A DNA stretch of 45,769 bases from an uncultured Erysipelotrichaceae bacterium (GTDB lineage: Bacteria; Bacillota_I; Bacilli_A; RFN20; CAG-826), in the NCBI GenBank assembly GCA_902803285.1, contig CADCPC010000043.1, positions 1 to 45,769 on the forward strand, written 5' to 3'. The stretch's first letter is position 1. Every line of letters begins with the position of its first letter. The position numbers were made by a program, and so were the translations under genes. Below are positions 19,001 through 27,839 of the stretch, one piece after another. The notes below the pieces were generated by a model. It ran no database searches. It saw only the letters and a program-made list of their open reading frames with translations, and was not told the DNA's origin.

Positions 19001-19107
19001 ATAAGTTATTATAGCAAAATATGCTATAGATTGATAAAAATTATTGAAGAAAAGAGTAACTCTCAATTACAATATAATTGTCGTTAAAAATATAAGAGGT
19101 AAAATTA
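19001..19107. promoter_or_regulatory. Divergent promoter region with inverted repeats
   Basis: Minus TGcTATAAT 19016-19008; plus TTGAAG(19044)...TACAAT(19068); IR TATAGCA-5-TGCTATA 19010-19028. Confidence 0.55.
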
Positions 19108-20535
19108 ATGGACAAAAAAACAAGAATAGCCATTATCGGTGGTGGTCCAGCTGGACTTTCTGCTGGTATGTATCTCGAACAAAAAGGCTACGAGAACTAT
19201 GTCATTTTTGAAAAGACAGATCACGTTGGTGGAAAATGTCACTCCCCAACATTCCATGGCAAACGTCATGAAATGGGCGCTATCATGGGTGTCCCTAGTT
19301 ACTATGCAGTTCACGATGTCGAACTCTTTGCTGGCGTAACTCACGATGGACCAAAACTACACAGAACTTACCGTTTACCAAATGGTAAAGTTGATCATCG
19401 TTTCGACAAGAGACTCTTCAACATTCCACATCTCTTAAAGCTCAAAAAGCAAATCAAAAAATTTGGTGAAATCTTAGAAACCAAATATAAAGGTTATGAT
19501 GTTTGTGGCCATAGAGGCGTTTCTGAAGGTAGATACGAAGGTTTCGCAGTCACACCTGGTAGAGAACCAGTTAGCGGTGAAAATCCAAACTTAAAAGATT
19601 TAGCAATGCCTTTCAAACAATTCGTTGAAAAGAATGGCGTTCCACTAGTTCAAGAAATTTGGGTCCAACCATTCACATCATTCGGTTACGGATATTTTGA
19701 CGAAATCCCAGCTGCTTATGTCTTAAAATACTTAGACTTCCAAACCATGATGAACTTCGTCAATGTTAACTTATGGACTTGGAAAGATGGTACACAAAGC
19801 ATCTACGAAGCTTTAAATAGAAAGCTCAAACACCCAGCATTATTAAATAGCAACATCGAAAAGATCGTTCGTGGTGATAAAGTTGAAATCACTGTCAACG
19901 GTAAGAAAGAAGTCTTTGATAAATTAATTATCACTGCTCCATTACAAGTTGGTGAAATCAATAACCCAGTCGCTAAAGGATTAGACACATATCTTGATGT
20001 CACTCCAGAAGAAAGAGAATTATTCTCTAAGATCGACTACGAACGTTATGATACATTCGCATGGAATATGGCTCCAGAAGCATATCCAGAAGCATCATTC
20101 TACGTTGTTGACAATATGACACCAGAGACCTTAGGTCATGGTATGGTCTTCTATATGAGATGGGCTGGAGAACCAGAACAACCAATGATCTCTTATAGAT
20201 TACGTAAACACAGAGATCCAAAAGAAACTGTCGAAGAATACAAAGCACGTCCAGAATTAGGATATGAAGAAACAAAGAAAACTTGTATCGAAGATATCAA
20301 GGCTCTTGGTTTAGCTCCTTTGAAGGATGAAAACGGCAGAGACAAGATTATCTATGAATTCCAAACATATTACTTCCCACACGTCTTCTCTGAAGATTAC
20401 GCAAACGGATGGTATGAAAAAGTTGAAGCTATGCAAGGTAAAAACAATACCTACTATGCTGGTGAAGTTATGTCATTCGGTGACATGGACGAAACTGTCG
20501 AATATTCTAGAGATTTAGTCGAAAGATTCTTCTAA
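19108..20535 (+). CDS. FAD-dependent polyunsaturated fatty acid (linoleate) isomerase, Cutibacterium acnes PAI-like
   Basis: Colinear with PAI as recalled: RIAIIG.GPAGL.AGMYLEQ.G, TDHVGGKCHSP, EMGAIMGVPSY, PFT.FGYG.FD..PAAYVLKYLDF.TMM.F, LWTW.DGTQ, YYFPHV.SEDY..GWYEKVE.MQG, YAGE.MSFG. Confidence 0.88.
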   Translation: MDKKTRIAIIGGGPAGLSAGMYLEQKGYENYVIFEKTDHVGGKCHSPTFHGKRHEMGAIMGVPSYYAVHDVELFAGVTHDGPKLHRTYRLPNGKVDHRFDKRLFNIPHLLKLKKQIKKFGEILETKYKGYDVCGHRGVSEGRYEGFAVTPGREPVSGENPNLKDLAMPFKQFVEKNGVPLVQEIWVQPFTSFGYGYFDEIPAAYVLKYLDFQTMMNFVNVNLWTWKDGTQSIYEALNRKLKHPALLNSNIEKIVRGDKVEITVNGKKEVFDKLIITAPLQVGEINNPVAKGLDTYLDVTPEERELFSKIDYERYDTFAWNMAPEAYPEASFYVVDNMTPETLGHGMVFYMRWAGEPEQPMISYRLRKHRDPKETVEEYKARPELGYEETKKTCIEDIKALGLAPLKDENGRDKIIYEFQTYYFPHVFSEDYANGWYEKVEAMQGKNNTYYAGEVMSFGDMDETVEYSRDLVERFF

Positions 20536-20547
20536 TAAAACAATTTT

Positions 20548-20583
20548 GAATAAAAAGGGGAGTTCATCTCCCCTTATTCTTTA
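20548..20583 (+). terminator. Intercistronic hairpin (partial terminator or stabiliser)
   Basis: AAGGGGAG-ttcat-CTCCCCTT with an interrupted T-tail. Confidence 0.55.
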
Positions 20584-20597
20584 TAAAGGAGAGAAAA

Positions 20598-22172
20598 ATG
20601 GCAAATAAACATTTTCAAGATTCGTATGATGTTGTTGTCATTGGTGGTGCTCTTGCGGGACTTGCCAGTGCCTTAACATTAGCAAAAAAAGGAAAAAAAG
20701 TTCTCGTCTTAGAACAACACAATTTACCTGGTGGTATCGCTACTTCTTTTGTGAGAGGAGATGTCGAAATTGAAGGTACACTTCATGAAATGATGTCTAT
20801 CGGACCAAAAGAATGCCCATTAAAGATTAGAAAATTCTTTGATGAAATGGGTGTTGATATCGAATGGTTACGTGTTCCAGATGCTTATCGTTTTGTCGAT
20901 GGTAAAACTGGAGTTAACGTCTTAGTCCATCCTGGAGATCACGGCAATTTTGAAACGCCTGCTCGTGAAATTGCAGAAGCAGTTGAACCAGGAAACGAAG
21001 AACTTTATAAAAAAGTTTTAGACTTACTCAACTTATGTGGTAGAGTTTATGACTCAGTTAACATTCTTTCTGTTACTCACATGTCCAAAGTTCAAATGTT
21101 ATTGAAACATCCAGACTTTGTTAAGACTGCTGGATATAGCGCTAAGGAAGTTGTTGATACATTTAAACTTCCTCAAAAAGTTGTTGATATCTTATCAGCC
21201 TATTGGATTTATGTCGGTGACATTTTAGAAAACTTACCATTTACTGTTTGGGCTTTCTTAATGGGGGATTACCTCGGATATGGTAGTTATGTTCCAAAGA
21301 AATTCTCACACGAAATGTCTCTTAAGATGTGTGAACGCGCAATAGAAATGGGCTGCCAAGTCGAATTTGGTACACGCGTTGATAAAATCTTAGTCAAGAA
21401 TGGACACGTTGAAGGCGTGAGACTTGCTAATGGTGAAGAAGTTAAAGCAAGATATGTTGTTTGTAGTGCTTATCCTGATAAAGCATATACAAAGATGATT
21501 GAACCTCTCAGCGAAGTTCCTGCTGGCGCACTTAAGTTCGTCAATAGTAAAACTGTCGGTGTGACTTGCTTCTCTGTCGTCTTATTGCTAGACGATGAAC
21601 CAGAGAATTTAGGCATCAAAGATTATTCAACTTTCTATGCTCCAAAAGGTATGGACTTAGAAACAATATTCAAAGAATATGCAACAGAAGGTCCTTACAA
21701 TTACATCACTTCTATTTGTACTAACCTTGCTAACCCAGGTTGTACTCCAAAAGGTACTTGTGTATATTCCATTACTGCACTTCCTAGACCAGAAGGTTGG
21801 CTTGGAGTTACAGAAGAAAATTATGAAGAACTTAAACGTAAGAACGCTGAATATTTCATCGATCAAGAATCTAAACGTTTAGGTGTTGATTTAAGAAAAC
21901 ATATTTTAGAAATTGTTATTGAAGCACCTTGTACAATTGCTCACTACACAGGTGCATATCGTGGAAGTATCTACGGTTATATGCACACAATGGATGACCA
22001 TATTGTGGCAAGACTTCAAATGAGTGAAAAAGAAAACTTCATTCAAGGCTTATCTTTCGCTGGCGCTCACCAAATCTCTGGTGATGGTATGGGACCAGCA
22101 GTCACTAATGGTCGTAAAGGCGCAAAGATCATCTTAGACATGATGGAAGAAGACGCTAAGGAGGGCAAATAA
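20598..22172 (+). CDS. CrtI/CrtISO/retinol-saturase-like FAD oxidoreductase
   Basis: DVVVIGG..AGL..A, VLEQHN.PGG.ATSF.RG, P.T...YTG..RGSIYG, GL.FAG...G.G....V..G; SD AAGGAG. Confidence 0.85.
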   Translation: MANKHFQDSYDVVVIGGALAGLASALTLAKKGKKVLVLEQHNLPGGIATSFVRGDVEIEGTLHEMMSIGPKECPLKIRKFFDEMGVDIEWLRVPDAYRFVDGKTGVNVLVHPGDHGNFETPAREIAEAVEPGNEELYKKVLDLLNLCGRVYDSVNILSVTHMSKVQMLLKHPDFVKTAGYSAKEVVDTFKLPQKVVDILSAYWIYVGDILENLPFTVWAFLMGDYLGYGSYVPKKFSHEMSLKMCERAIEMGCQVEFGTRVDKILVKNGHVEGVRLANGEEVKARYVVCSAYPDKAYTKMIEPLSEVPAGALKFVNSKTVGVTCFSVVLLLDDEPENLGIKDYSTFYAPKGMDLETIFKEYATEGPYNYITSICTNLANPGCTPKGTCVYSITALPRPEGWLGVTEENYEELKRKNAEYFIDQESKRLGVDLRKHILEIVIEAPCTIAHYTGAYRGSIYGYMHTMDDHIVARLQMSEKENFIQGLSFAGAHQISGDGMGPAVTNGRKGAKIILDMMEEDAKEGK

Positions 22173-22173
22173 G

Positions 22174-23349
22174 ATGAAAGTTAAAGGCTTTTTAAAAGAC
22201 GTTGGTGGCGCTTCTAGAGTTACCAAAAGAAGACAAGAAAACTTTGATAAAGCTCCTGCAACTTCTCAATATAACGATCCGATTACAGAAGTAGCAAGAA
22301 AACTTCATCCTGGATTCATTAAATTAACTGTAACTGCAGTTAAAGATGCTTCTCCAACAGCGAGAACATTAAGATTCGAAGCTCCACATCTTCCATATTT
22401 CAGAGCTGGTCAATTCTTAACTTTACTAGTTAAGATTGGTGATTCTCTTGTTACTAGACCATATTCCATTTCTAGCGCACCTTATGAGACTAGAGGTGAT
22501 AAGCCATTAGTGGAAATCACTGTGAGAAAATCTAAAGGTGACGGATTCATTTGTGACTACTTATATGAAAAAGTGAAAGTTGGAGATGAATTCCTTGGCG
22601 AAGTTGGTTTAGGTGAATTCCATTATGATTACATTAGAGATGCGAAAGACGTTGTTGCTATCGCTGGTGGTAGTGGCATTACTCCTTTTGCATCAATGGC
22701 AAAAGAAATTAAAAATGGTAAACTCGACATGCATCTCACAATTCTTTATGGTTCTGTCAGTGATAAAGATATCATCTTAAAAGATGAATTAGATAAATGT
22801 GAATGCGAAAAGGTTAGAGTAGTTCACGTTTTAAGCGGTGATAACCCTTCTTGGAAAGGCGAAAAAGGCTTTATCAACGCGGATATCATTAAGAAATATT
22901 CTAGCGAAGACACCACATATTTCATTTGTGGACCACAAGTGATGTATGACTTTGTTAAAGGAGAATTAGCAAAGCTAAATATTCCTAAACGTAGAGTGAG
23001 ATTTGAAGTCTTTGGTCAAGTTAGAGACATCACTAAATTTGCAGGATTCCCAGTGGAATTAAAAGACAAAGTCTTTAACTTAACAGTTTGTAAAGGCATC
23101 TCTGAACAAGTTATTCCTGCAAAATGTAATGAGAGCATTGCTGTCGCACTTGAAAGAGCGGGAATTAAAGTTCATACAGCATGTCGTAGTGGCGCTTGTG
23201 GATTCTGCAGAATAAAAGTTCTTGAAGGTTCATATTATGTTTGCCCAGTTGGCGATGGTCGTAGAGCAGCAGATAAAGACTTCAATTACGTCCATTCTTG
23301 CTCAACTTATCCAACAAGTGATATTAAGATTAAACTTAATATTGACTAA
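22174..23349 (+). CDS. FNR-family NAD(P)H:flavin reductase with C-terminal [2Fe-2S] domain
   Basis: RPYSISS, AGGSGITP, CGP..M, E.FG, CRSGACGFC...C. Confidence 0.92.
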   Translation: MKVKGFLKDVGGASRVTKRRQENFDKAPATSQYNDPITEVARKLHPGFIKLTVTAVKDASPTARTLRFEAPHLPYFRAGQFLTLLVKIGDSLVTRPYSISSAPYETRGDKPLVEITVRKSKGDGFICDYLYEKVKVGDEFLGEVGLGEFHYDYIRDAKDVVAIAGGSGITPFASMAKEIKNGKLDMHLTILYGSVSDKDIILKDELDKCECEKVRVVHVLSGDNPSWKGEKGFINADIIKKYSSEDTTYFICGPQVMYDFVKGELAKLNIPKRRVRFEVFGQVRDITKFAGFPVELKDKVFNLTVCKGISEQVIPAKCNESIAVALERAGIKVHTACRSGACGFCRIKVLEGSYYVCPVGDGRRAADKDFNYVHSCSTYPTSDIKIKLNID

Positions 23350-23358
23350 AGATAATAT

Positions 23359-23393
23359 AAAAGACATCTAAGAGAAATCTTGGATGTTTTTTT
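23359..23393 (+). terminator. Intrinsic terminator
   Basis: GACATCTAAGA-gaaa-TCTTGGATGTT plus T-run. Confidence 0.85.
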
Positions 23394-23419
23394 GTGCACA
23401 ATAAATTAAAATAAGTAAT

Positions 23420-24322
23420 ATGAAAAAGAAGAGCATTATAATTGCCGGTTGCGTTGCTTTAGGCGCGATTATTTTTTCTTGCCTAGGATTTTCTGGCATC
23501 CTCAAACAGAAAAGCAAGAATACGAATTACGCAGATTGGATGTCTCATCTTGCGGATTCAACTTCTTTAAGAGACATCAATATGCCTGGTAGTCATGACA
23601 CAATGGCCTTATATTCTATCGCTGATTTAGCGGGACAGTGCCAGTCATTATCTTTAGGAGATCAACTTAATCTAGGAGTTAGATTCTTAGACATTAGATT
23701 AAAAGAAGAAAATAACTCTTTAAAAGCGGTACATGGTTTTATTGATCAACACGCTTATTTTAGTGATATTACTTCTACTGTTGAATCTTTCTTAGAAAAC
23801 CATCCAACCGAATTTATTATTATGTCGATTAAAGAAGAAGCTGATAGTAGCAAATCTACAATTAGCTTTGAAGAAGCGGTTAAGAATTACCTTAAGAGTG
23901 ATGTTTATTTAAAAGAGACAAGTTTACCAACCTCTTTAGGAACAGTTAGAGGCAAAGTCATGCTTTTATCTAGATATGCGAATTCTTCAATCGGAATCCC
24001 TGCTTATAATGGATGGGCTGATTCTACTTCCTTTACATTACCAAATGATATCTATGTTCAAGATACCTATAAGATTAAATCTAAAGAAGAAAAGCAAGAC
24101 GAAATCATCAAGTGTTTTAATGAGAGTGGTCACGCTTTGAAAATTAATTTCTTAAGTGCGTACCGCACTAACTATTTGCCACCTAGTTATGCACCTAGTG
24201 CAGCCTTAGATATCGACCCTTGGATTAACGCGAATATAGATAAATATAATGACCGCGGTATTGTTTTATATGACTTTGTTACTGAAACAAATATGACCGC
24301 TTTCTTTAAGGGGGCAATCTAA
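23420..24322 (+). CDS. Exported phosphatidylinositol-specific phospholipase C-like (PI-PLC X domain)
   Basis: Signal/TM; WMS.L, PGSHDT, QL..GVRFLDIRL, HG, FL..HP.E..I, RGKV. Confidence 0.88.
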   Translation: MKKKSIIIAGCVALGAIIFSCLGFSGILKQKSKNTNYADWMSHLADSTSLRDINMPGSHDTMALYSIADLAGQCQSLSLGDQLNLGVRFLDIRLKEENNSLKAVHGFIDQHAYFSDITSTVESFLENHPTEFIIMSIKEEADSSKSTISFEEAVKNYLKSDVYLKETSLPTSLGTVRGKVMLLSRYANSSIGIPAYNGWADSTSFTLPNDIYVQDTYKIKSKEEKQDEIIKCFNESGHALKINFLSAYRTNYLPPSYAPSAALDIDPWINANIDKYNDRGIVLYDFVTETNMTAFFKGAI

Positions 24323-24720
24323 TGAAAACTTTTAGAACTATCCTCCTATATATCGGAGCTTCATTTGTCGCTCTAATTGCTTTTTTATTAGCATTTTTAG
24401 AAATTAGAAGCATTTTTGCCGGTGATTTTACACTTATGAATAATAGAGCTGCTAGTTTCTTCGCTTATCTATTTAGAGGTTTATTCTATTTAGGTTTGTT
24501 AGCCGAGGCTATCATTTTAATGATATTCAAAGGCAAACACATCAAGATTGATTTATCATTATTCATTGTTTCTGTTGGCTTATTTGGTGGTGGAATTCTA
24601 GCATTTATTTATTACCACTTCATTGTTGCTTTAGCAGTAACAGTAGTAGCATTGATACCAGTAATTATCACAGCGATTGAACACTTTGCGATTAAAGAAA
24701 AAGACACTGTTGAGGAATAA
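24322..24720 (+). CDS. Hypothetical 4-TM membrane protein
   Basis: Four hydrophobic segments; TAATG coupling to the PLC gene. Confidence 0.7.
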   Translation: MKTFRTILLYIGASFVALIAFLLAFLEIRSIFAGDFTLMNNRAASFFAYLFRGLFYLGLLAEAIILMIFKGKHIKIDLSLFIVSVGLFGGGILAFIYYHFIVALAVTVVALIPVIITAIEHFAIKEKDTVEE

Positions 24721-24724
24721 TAAT

Positions 24725-26416
24725 ATGCCATTAGGAAGCACAATTAACTCTTTGATGATGATTGTTGGCAATATCAACACTGATAAGCCAACTAAGCAGG
24801 TAATTAAAAATCGTAAAAAAGATAAGCCTGCTACTTTTCCTCGTGGGGAAGAAGTTAACTTCTTACCTAGAAGTAGGCCTAGTAAGCATGGTTATTCAGA
24901 GGAATATATCAATTCATTTTTCCATGAATTAGAATCGGATTTATCTATTAGGGCTAACCGTTGTTTAATTGTTAAGGATAACTATGTTATTGGAGAAAAA
25001 TATGAATACCCTTATGTTAAAGATGCTTGGGATCATATATTTTCCGCAACCAAAACAGTTACAACTTTAGCGTTAGGTTTATTATATGATGAAGGCAAAA
25101 TTGATTTAGACGCCCCCGTATATAAAATACTTAAAATTAAACCAGGGAATGCTGCTAATAAAAAGATTACGTTAAGACATTTATTAACTATGACTACTGG
25201 TGTCTTGTTCAATGAAGTTGAAAGTGCAGCAACCACTAAATGGGTTAAAGGATTCTTTGGTTCAGGAGCTAAATTCAAAGTTGGTAAAAAGTTTGATTAT
25301 AATTCACTAAATACATATATCATCTCTGTTGTTGTCGAAAAGATAGCAGGTATTAGCTTTGAAGAATTCATTAAAGAAAGAATATTCAAACCTTTAGATA
25401 TGAATTCTTGCCATTTAGATAAATCTCCAGAAGGATATTTTAAAGGCGGATGGGGATTATATATTCTTCCAGAAGATATGGCAAAATTAGGCATCCTTGT
25501 CAAAGACAAAGGTGTTTATAACAATAAACGTATTATCTCTGAAAAATGGATAGAAATGATGAGCAGTAAACAAATCGAGGCCACTAAATACGGAAGAAGA
25601 TTTGATTATGGCTTTCAAATGTGGGTTTGTGATGAACATCATTTCTGCATGTTCAATGGCCTATATAATCAAGACATCATTATCTTTAAGGAAACAGGAG
25701 TGGTGCTAGTGGTGGCCTCTTCTAACGGAGAAGCGTTCCATGGCTCTAACTATTTCGATATCGCGATTAAATACTTTGCAAGCAAAGAAAAAACTACTGA
25801 ACTTTGCGAGACAAAAGGTTCGAGAGATATTGCAAATTTGTCCCATCTAAATTACTACTATGACAAGATTGCAAATCAAGAATACTTACCTTTGGGTAAG
25901 ATTGCTAATTCTTGTGGTGTTCTACCTCTGTTAATTCAAAATGAAGTAGGCACTTATGCACAAGGAATTAAATCATTATATTTTAAGAAAGAAAATGATC
26001 AGTACGCTCTTGTGATAAACGAAGGAAAAGAGAGCTATGAACTACCATTTAATTTCGAAAATGGAGTTCGTAATATTTATAACTTCTACGGCAATTTATT
26101 TGACTGTGTTTGTGATGGCAGATTTATGCTAACCGCTAAGGGTTTACCTCTATTTGTTTTCAGAATGTTTTTCTTAGAATATTCTTCTTCCAGATACATC
26201 ACTGTGAAATTTGATAAACGATTTGATTTGTTATCATTAGAGTTAAGTGAATATCCAGGATTTGACTTTGTCGCTTCACTTATGGATGAACAAGATGAAC
26301 CGGTGAAGAACCTTCTTAATAGTGCAATGAAGGCAATTAATCCAGCGATATTAAAGGGAAAGATTAAAGATATCTTTGCTCCTAACTTCATGATTAAAAA
26401 GAAGGAAGAGAAATAA
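24725..26416 (+). CDS. Beta-lactamase-fold serine hydrolase (esterase-like) with C-terminal extension
   Basis: FSATK (SxxK), TLRHLLTMTTG, F.YNS, RIF.PL.M, GGWGL, YGFQ.W; ATG 24725 after GAGGA. Confidence 0.85.
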   Translation: MPLGSTINSLMMIVGNINTDKPTKQVIKNRKKDKPATFPRGEEVNFLPRSRPSKHGYSEEYINSFFHELESDLSIRANRCLIVKDNYVIGEKYEYPYVKDAWDHIFSATKTVTTLALGLLYDEGKIDLDAPVYKILKIKPGNAANKKITLRHLLTMTTGVLFNEVESAATTKWVKGFFGSGAKFKVGKKFDYNSLNTYIISVVVEKIAGISFEEFIKERIFKPLDMNSCHLDKSPEGYFKGGWGLYILPEDMAKLGILVKDKGVYNNKRIISEKWIEMMSSKQIEATKYGRRFDYGFQMWVCDEHHFCMFNGLYNQDIIIFKETGVVLVVASSNGEAFHGSNYFDIAIKYFASKEKTTELCETKGSRDIANLSHLNYYYDKIANQEYLPLGKIANSCGVLPLLIQNEVGTYAQGIKSLYFKKENDQYALVINEGKESYELPFNFENGVRNIYNFYGNLFDCVCDGRFMLTAKGLPLFVFRMFFLEYSSSRYITVKFDKRFDLLSLELSEYPGFDFVASLMDEQDEPVKNLLNSAMKAINPAILKGKIKDIFAPNFMIKKKEEK

Positions 26417-26433
26417 CAAATCCTTCTTTTGCT

Positions 26434-26468
26434 AAAATAAGCAAGGTTTAATTACCTTGTTTTATTTT
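26434..26468 (+). terminator. Intrinsic terminator
   Basis: AATAAGCAAGGT/ACCTTGTTTTATT stem. Confidence 0.65.
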
Positions 26469-26493
26469 ATAAAAATCTATACAATATCCTTAC

Positions 26494-27165
26494 ATGAGCG
26501 AAGTAAAAATAGTAGAAATTAAAGAAGATATCTCTGAGAGATATGCTCCTTACGCTGAAGAGATTAGGAAAATTCTTAAAGAGAAGAAAACCTATCTTTT
26601 AAATGTTATGTCTTCTCCAGGAAGTGGAAAGACTACTTTAATTATTGAATTAATTAACAAGCTAAAAAAAGATTTTCATATTGGAGTTCTAGAAACTGAT
26701 ATTGACGGTAAAGAAGATGCTCAAAGGATACATGATGGTACTGGTGTGAGAACTATCCAAATCCATACTGGTGGAGCATGTCATTTAACAAGCAAAATGT
26801 CTCTTGAGGCATTATCTTTACTAGATGATGAACACTTTGATCTAATCGTTTTGGAAAACATCGGCAACCTAGTGTGCCCGGCAGAATTTGATGTTGGGGC
26901 AATTAAGAACTTAATCTTGTTATCTCTACCAGAAGGAGATGACAAACCACTCAAATATCCATTGATGTTTGAAGTTGCTAATATCATCGCAATTACCAAG
27001 CTAGATACTGCTCCTGTATTTGATTTTTCTAAAGAAAAAGCTATTCAAAATATTAAAAAGAGAAATGAACATGTAGATATATTCTTTACTAGTAGCAAAA
27101 CTGGTGAAGGTGTTGATGAGTTAGTTAAATATCTAACTAATGAAGTTAAGGAATTTATTAAATAA
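26494..27165 (+). CDS. hypB: HypB-family metallochaperone GTPase, copy 1
   Basis: MSSPGSGKT, TGGACHL, ENIGNLVCPAEFD.G, EGDDKPLKYP, TKLD, S.KTG.G. Confidence 0.93.
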   Translation: MSEVKIVEIKEDISERYAPYAEEIRKILKEKKTYLLNVMSSPGSGKTTLIIELINKLKKDFHIGVLETDIDGKEDAQRIHDGTGVRTIQIHTGGACHLTSKMSLEALSLLDDEHFDLIVLENIGNLVCPAEFDVGAIKNLILLSLPEGDDKPLKYPLMFEVANIIAITKLDTAPVFDFSKEKAIQNIKKRNEHVDIFFTSSKTGEGVDELVKYLTNEVKEFIK

Positions 27166-27836
27166 TGAGTGAAGTTAAGACTATTTTACTTAATCGTTCA
27201 GTAGCGGATTCCATTGAAGAAGAAGCAGAAGAACTCAGGCAAGAATTAAAGGCTAAAAAGACCTTCCTTTTAAATGTCATGTCTTCTCCTGGAAGTGGAA
27301 AAACTACAACCTTAATCAAGATTATTAACGCTCTTAAAGATAAATTCAAAATTGCAATTATGGAAGCTGATATCGATAGTGATGTTGACGCTATTAAAGT
27401 TTCTAAAGAGACAGGCATCAAATCTATTCAACTCCACACTGGTGGCATGTGCCACTTAGATGGAGCGATGACTAGACAAGGCCTAGATGAATTAGATGGA
27501 CATTATGACTTTGTCATATTAGAGAATGTTGGTAACCTCGTTTGTCCAGCGGAATTTGATACCGGAGCTTCACTTAACATGGTTATTCTTTCTGTTCCAG
27601 AAGGAAGTGATAAACCACTCAAATATCCATTGATGTTTGAAAAAAGTAACCTCGTTCTTATAAATAAGATTGACACAATTGATTATTTCGATTTCAATTA
27701 TAATGTAGTCAGCGACTTTATTTATAAAAGAAATAAAAATGCGCAGATATTCAAAATATCGGCAAAAGTAGGCACGGGCATCAAAGAAGTATGTGACTAT
27801 TTAACTAAGGAAATTGAAAACTGGGGAGGAAAATAA
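27165..27836 (+). CDS. hypB: HypB-family metallochaperone GTPase, copy 2
   Basis: MSSPGSGKT, TGGMCHL, ENVGNLVCPAEFD.G, EGSDKPLKYP, NKID, SAK.G.G. Confidence 0.93.
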   Translation: MSEVKTILLNRSVADSIEEEAEELRQELKAKKTFLLNVMSSPGSGKTTTLIKIINALKDKFKIAIMEADIDSDVDAIKVSKETGIKSIQLHTGGMCHLDGAMTRQGLDELDGHYDFVILENVGNLVCPAEFDTGASLNMVILSVPEGSDKPLKYPLMFEKSNLVLINKIDTIDYFDFNYNVVSDFIYKRNKNAQIFKISAKVGTGIKEVCDYLTKEIENWGGK

Positions 27837-27839
27837 TAC

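Noticed and set aside
19108-20535. Oleate hydratase (MCRA) or amine oxidase
   Set aside because: It lacks the MCRA RGGREM motif and matches PAI-specific blocks along its length
20598-22172. Carotenoid biosynthesis (phytoene desaturase)
   Set aside because: No phytoene synthase or GGPP synthase nearby; the context is fatty-acyl genes
24725-26416. Beta-lactam resistance gene
   Set aside because: No signal peptide and no KTG motif; it resembles cytoplasmic esterase/amidase members of the fold
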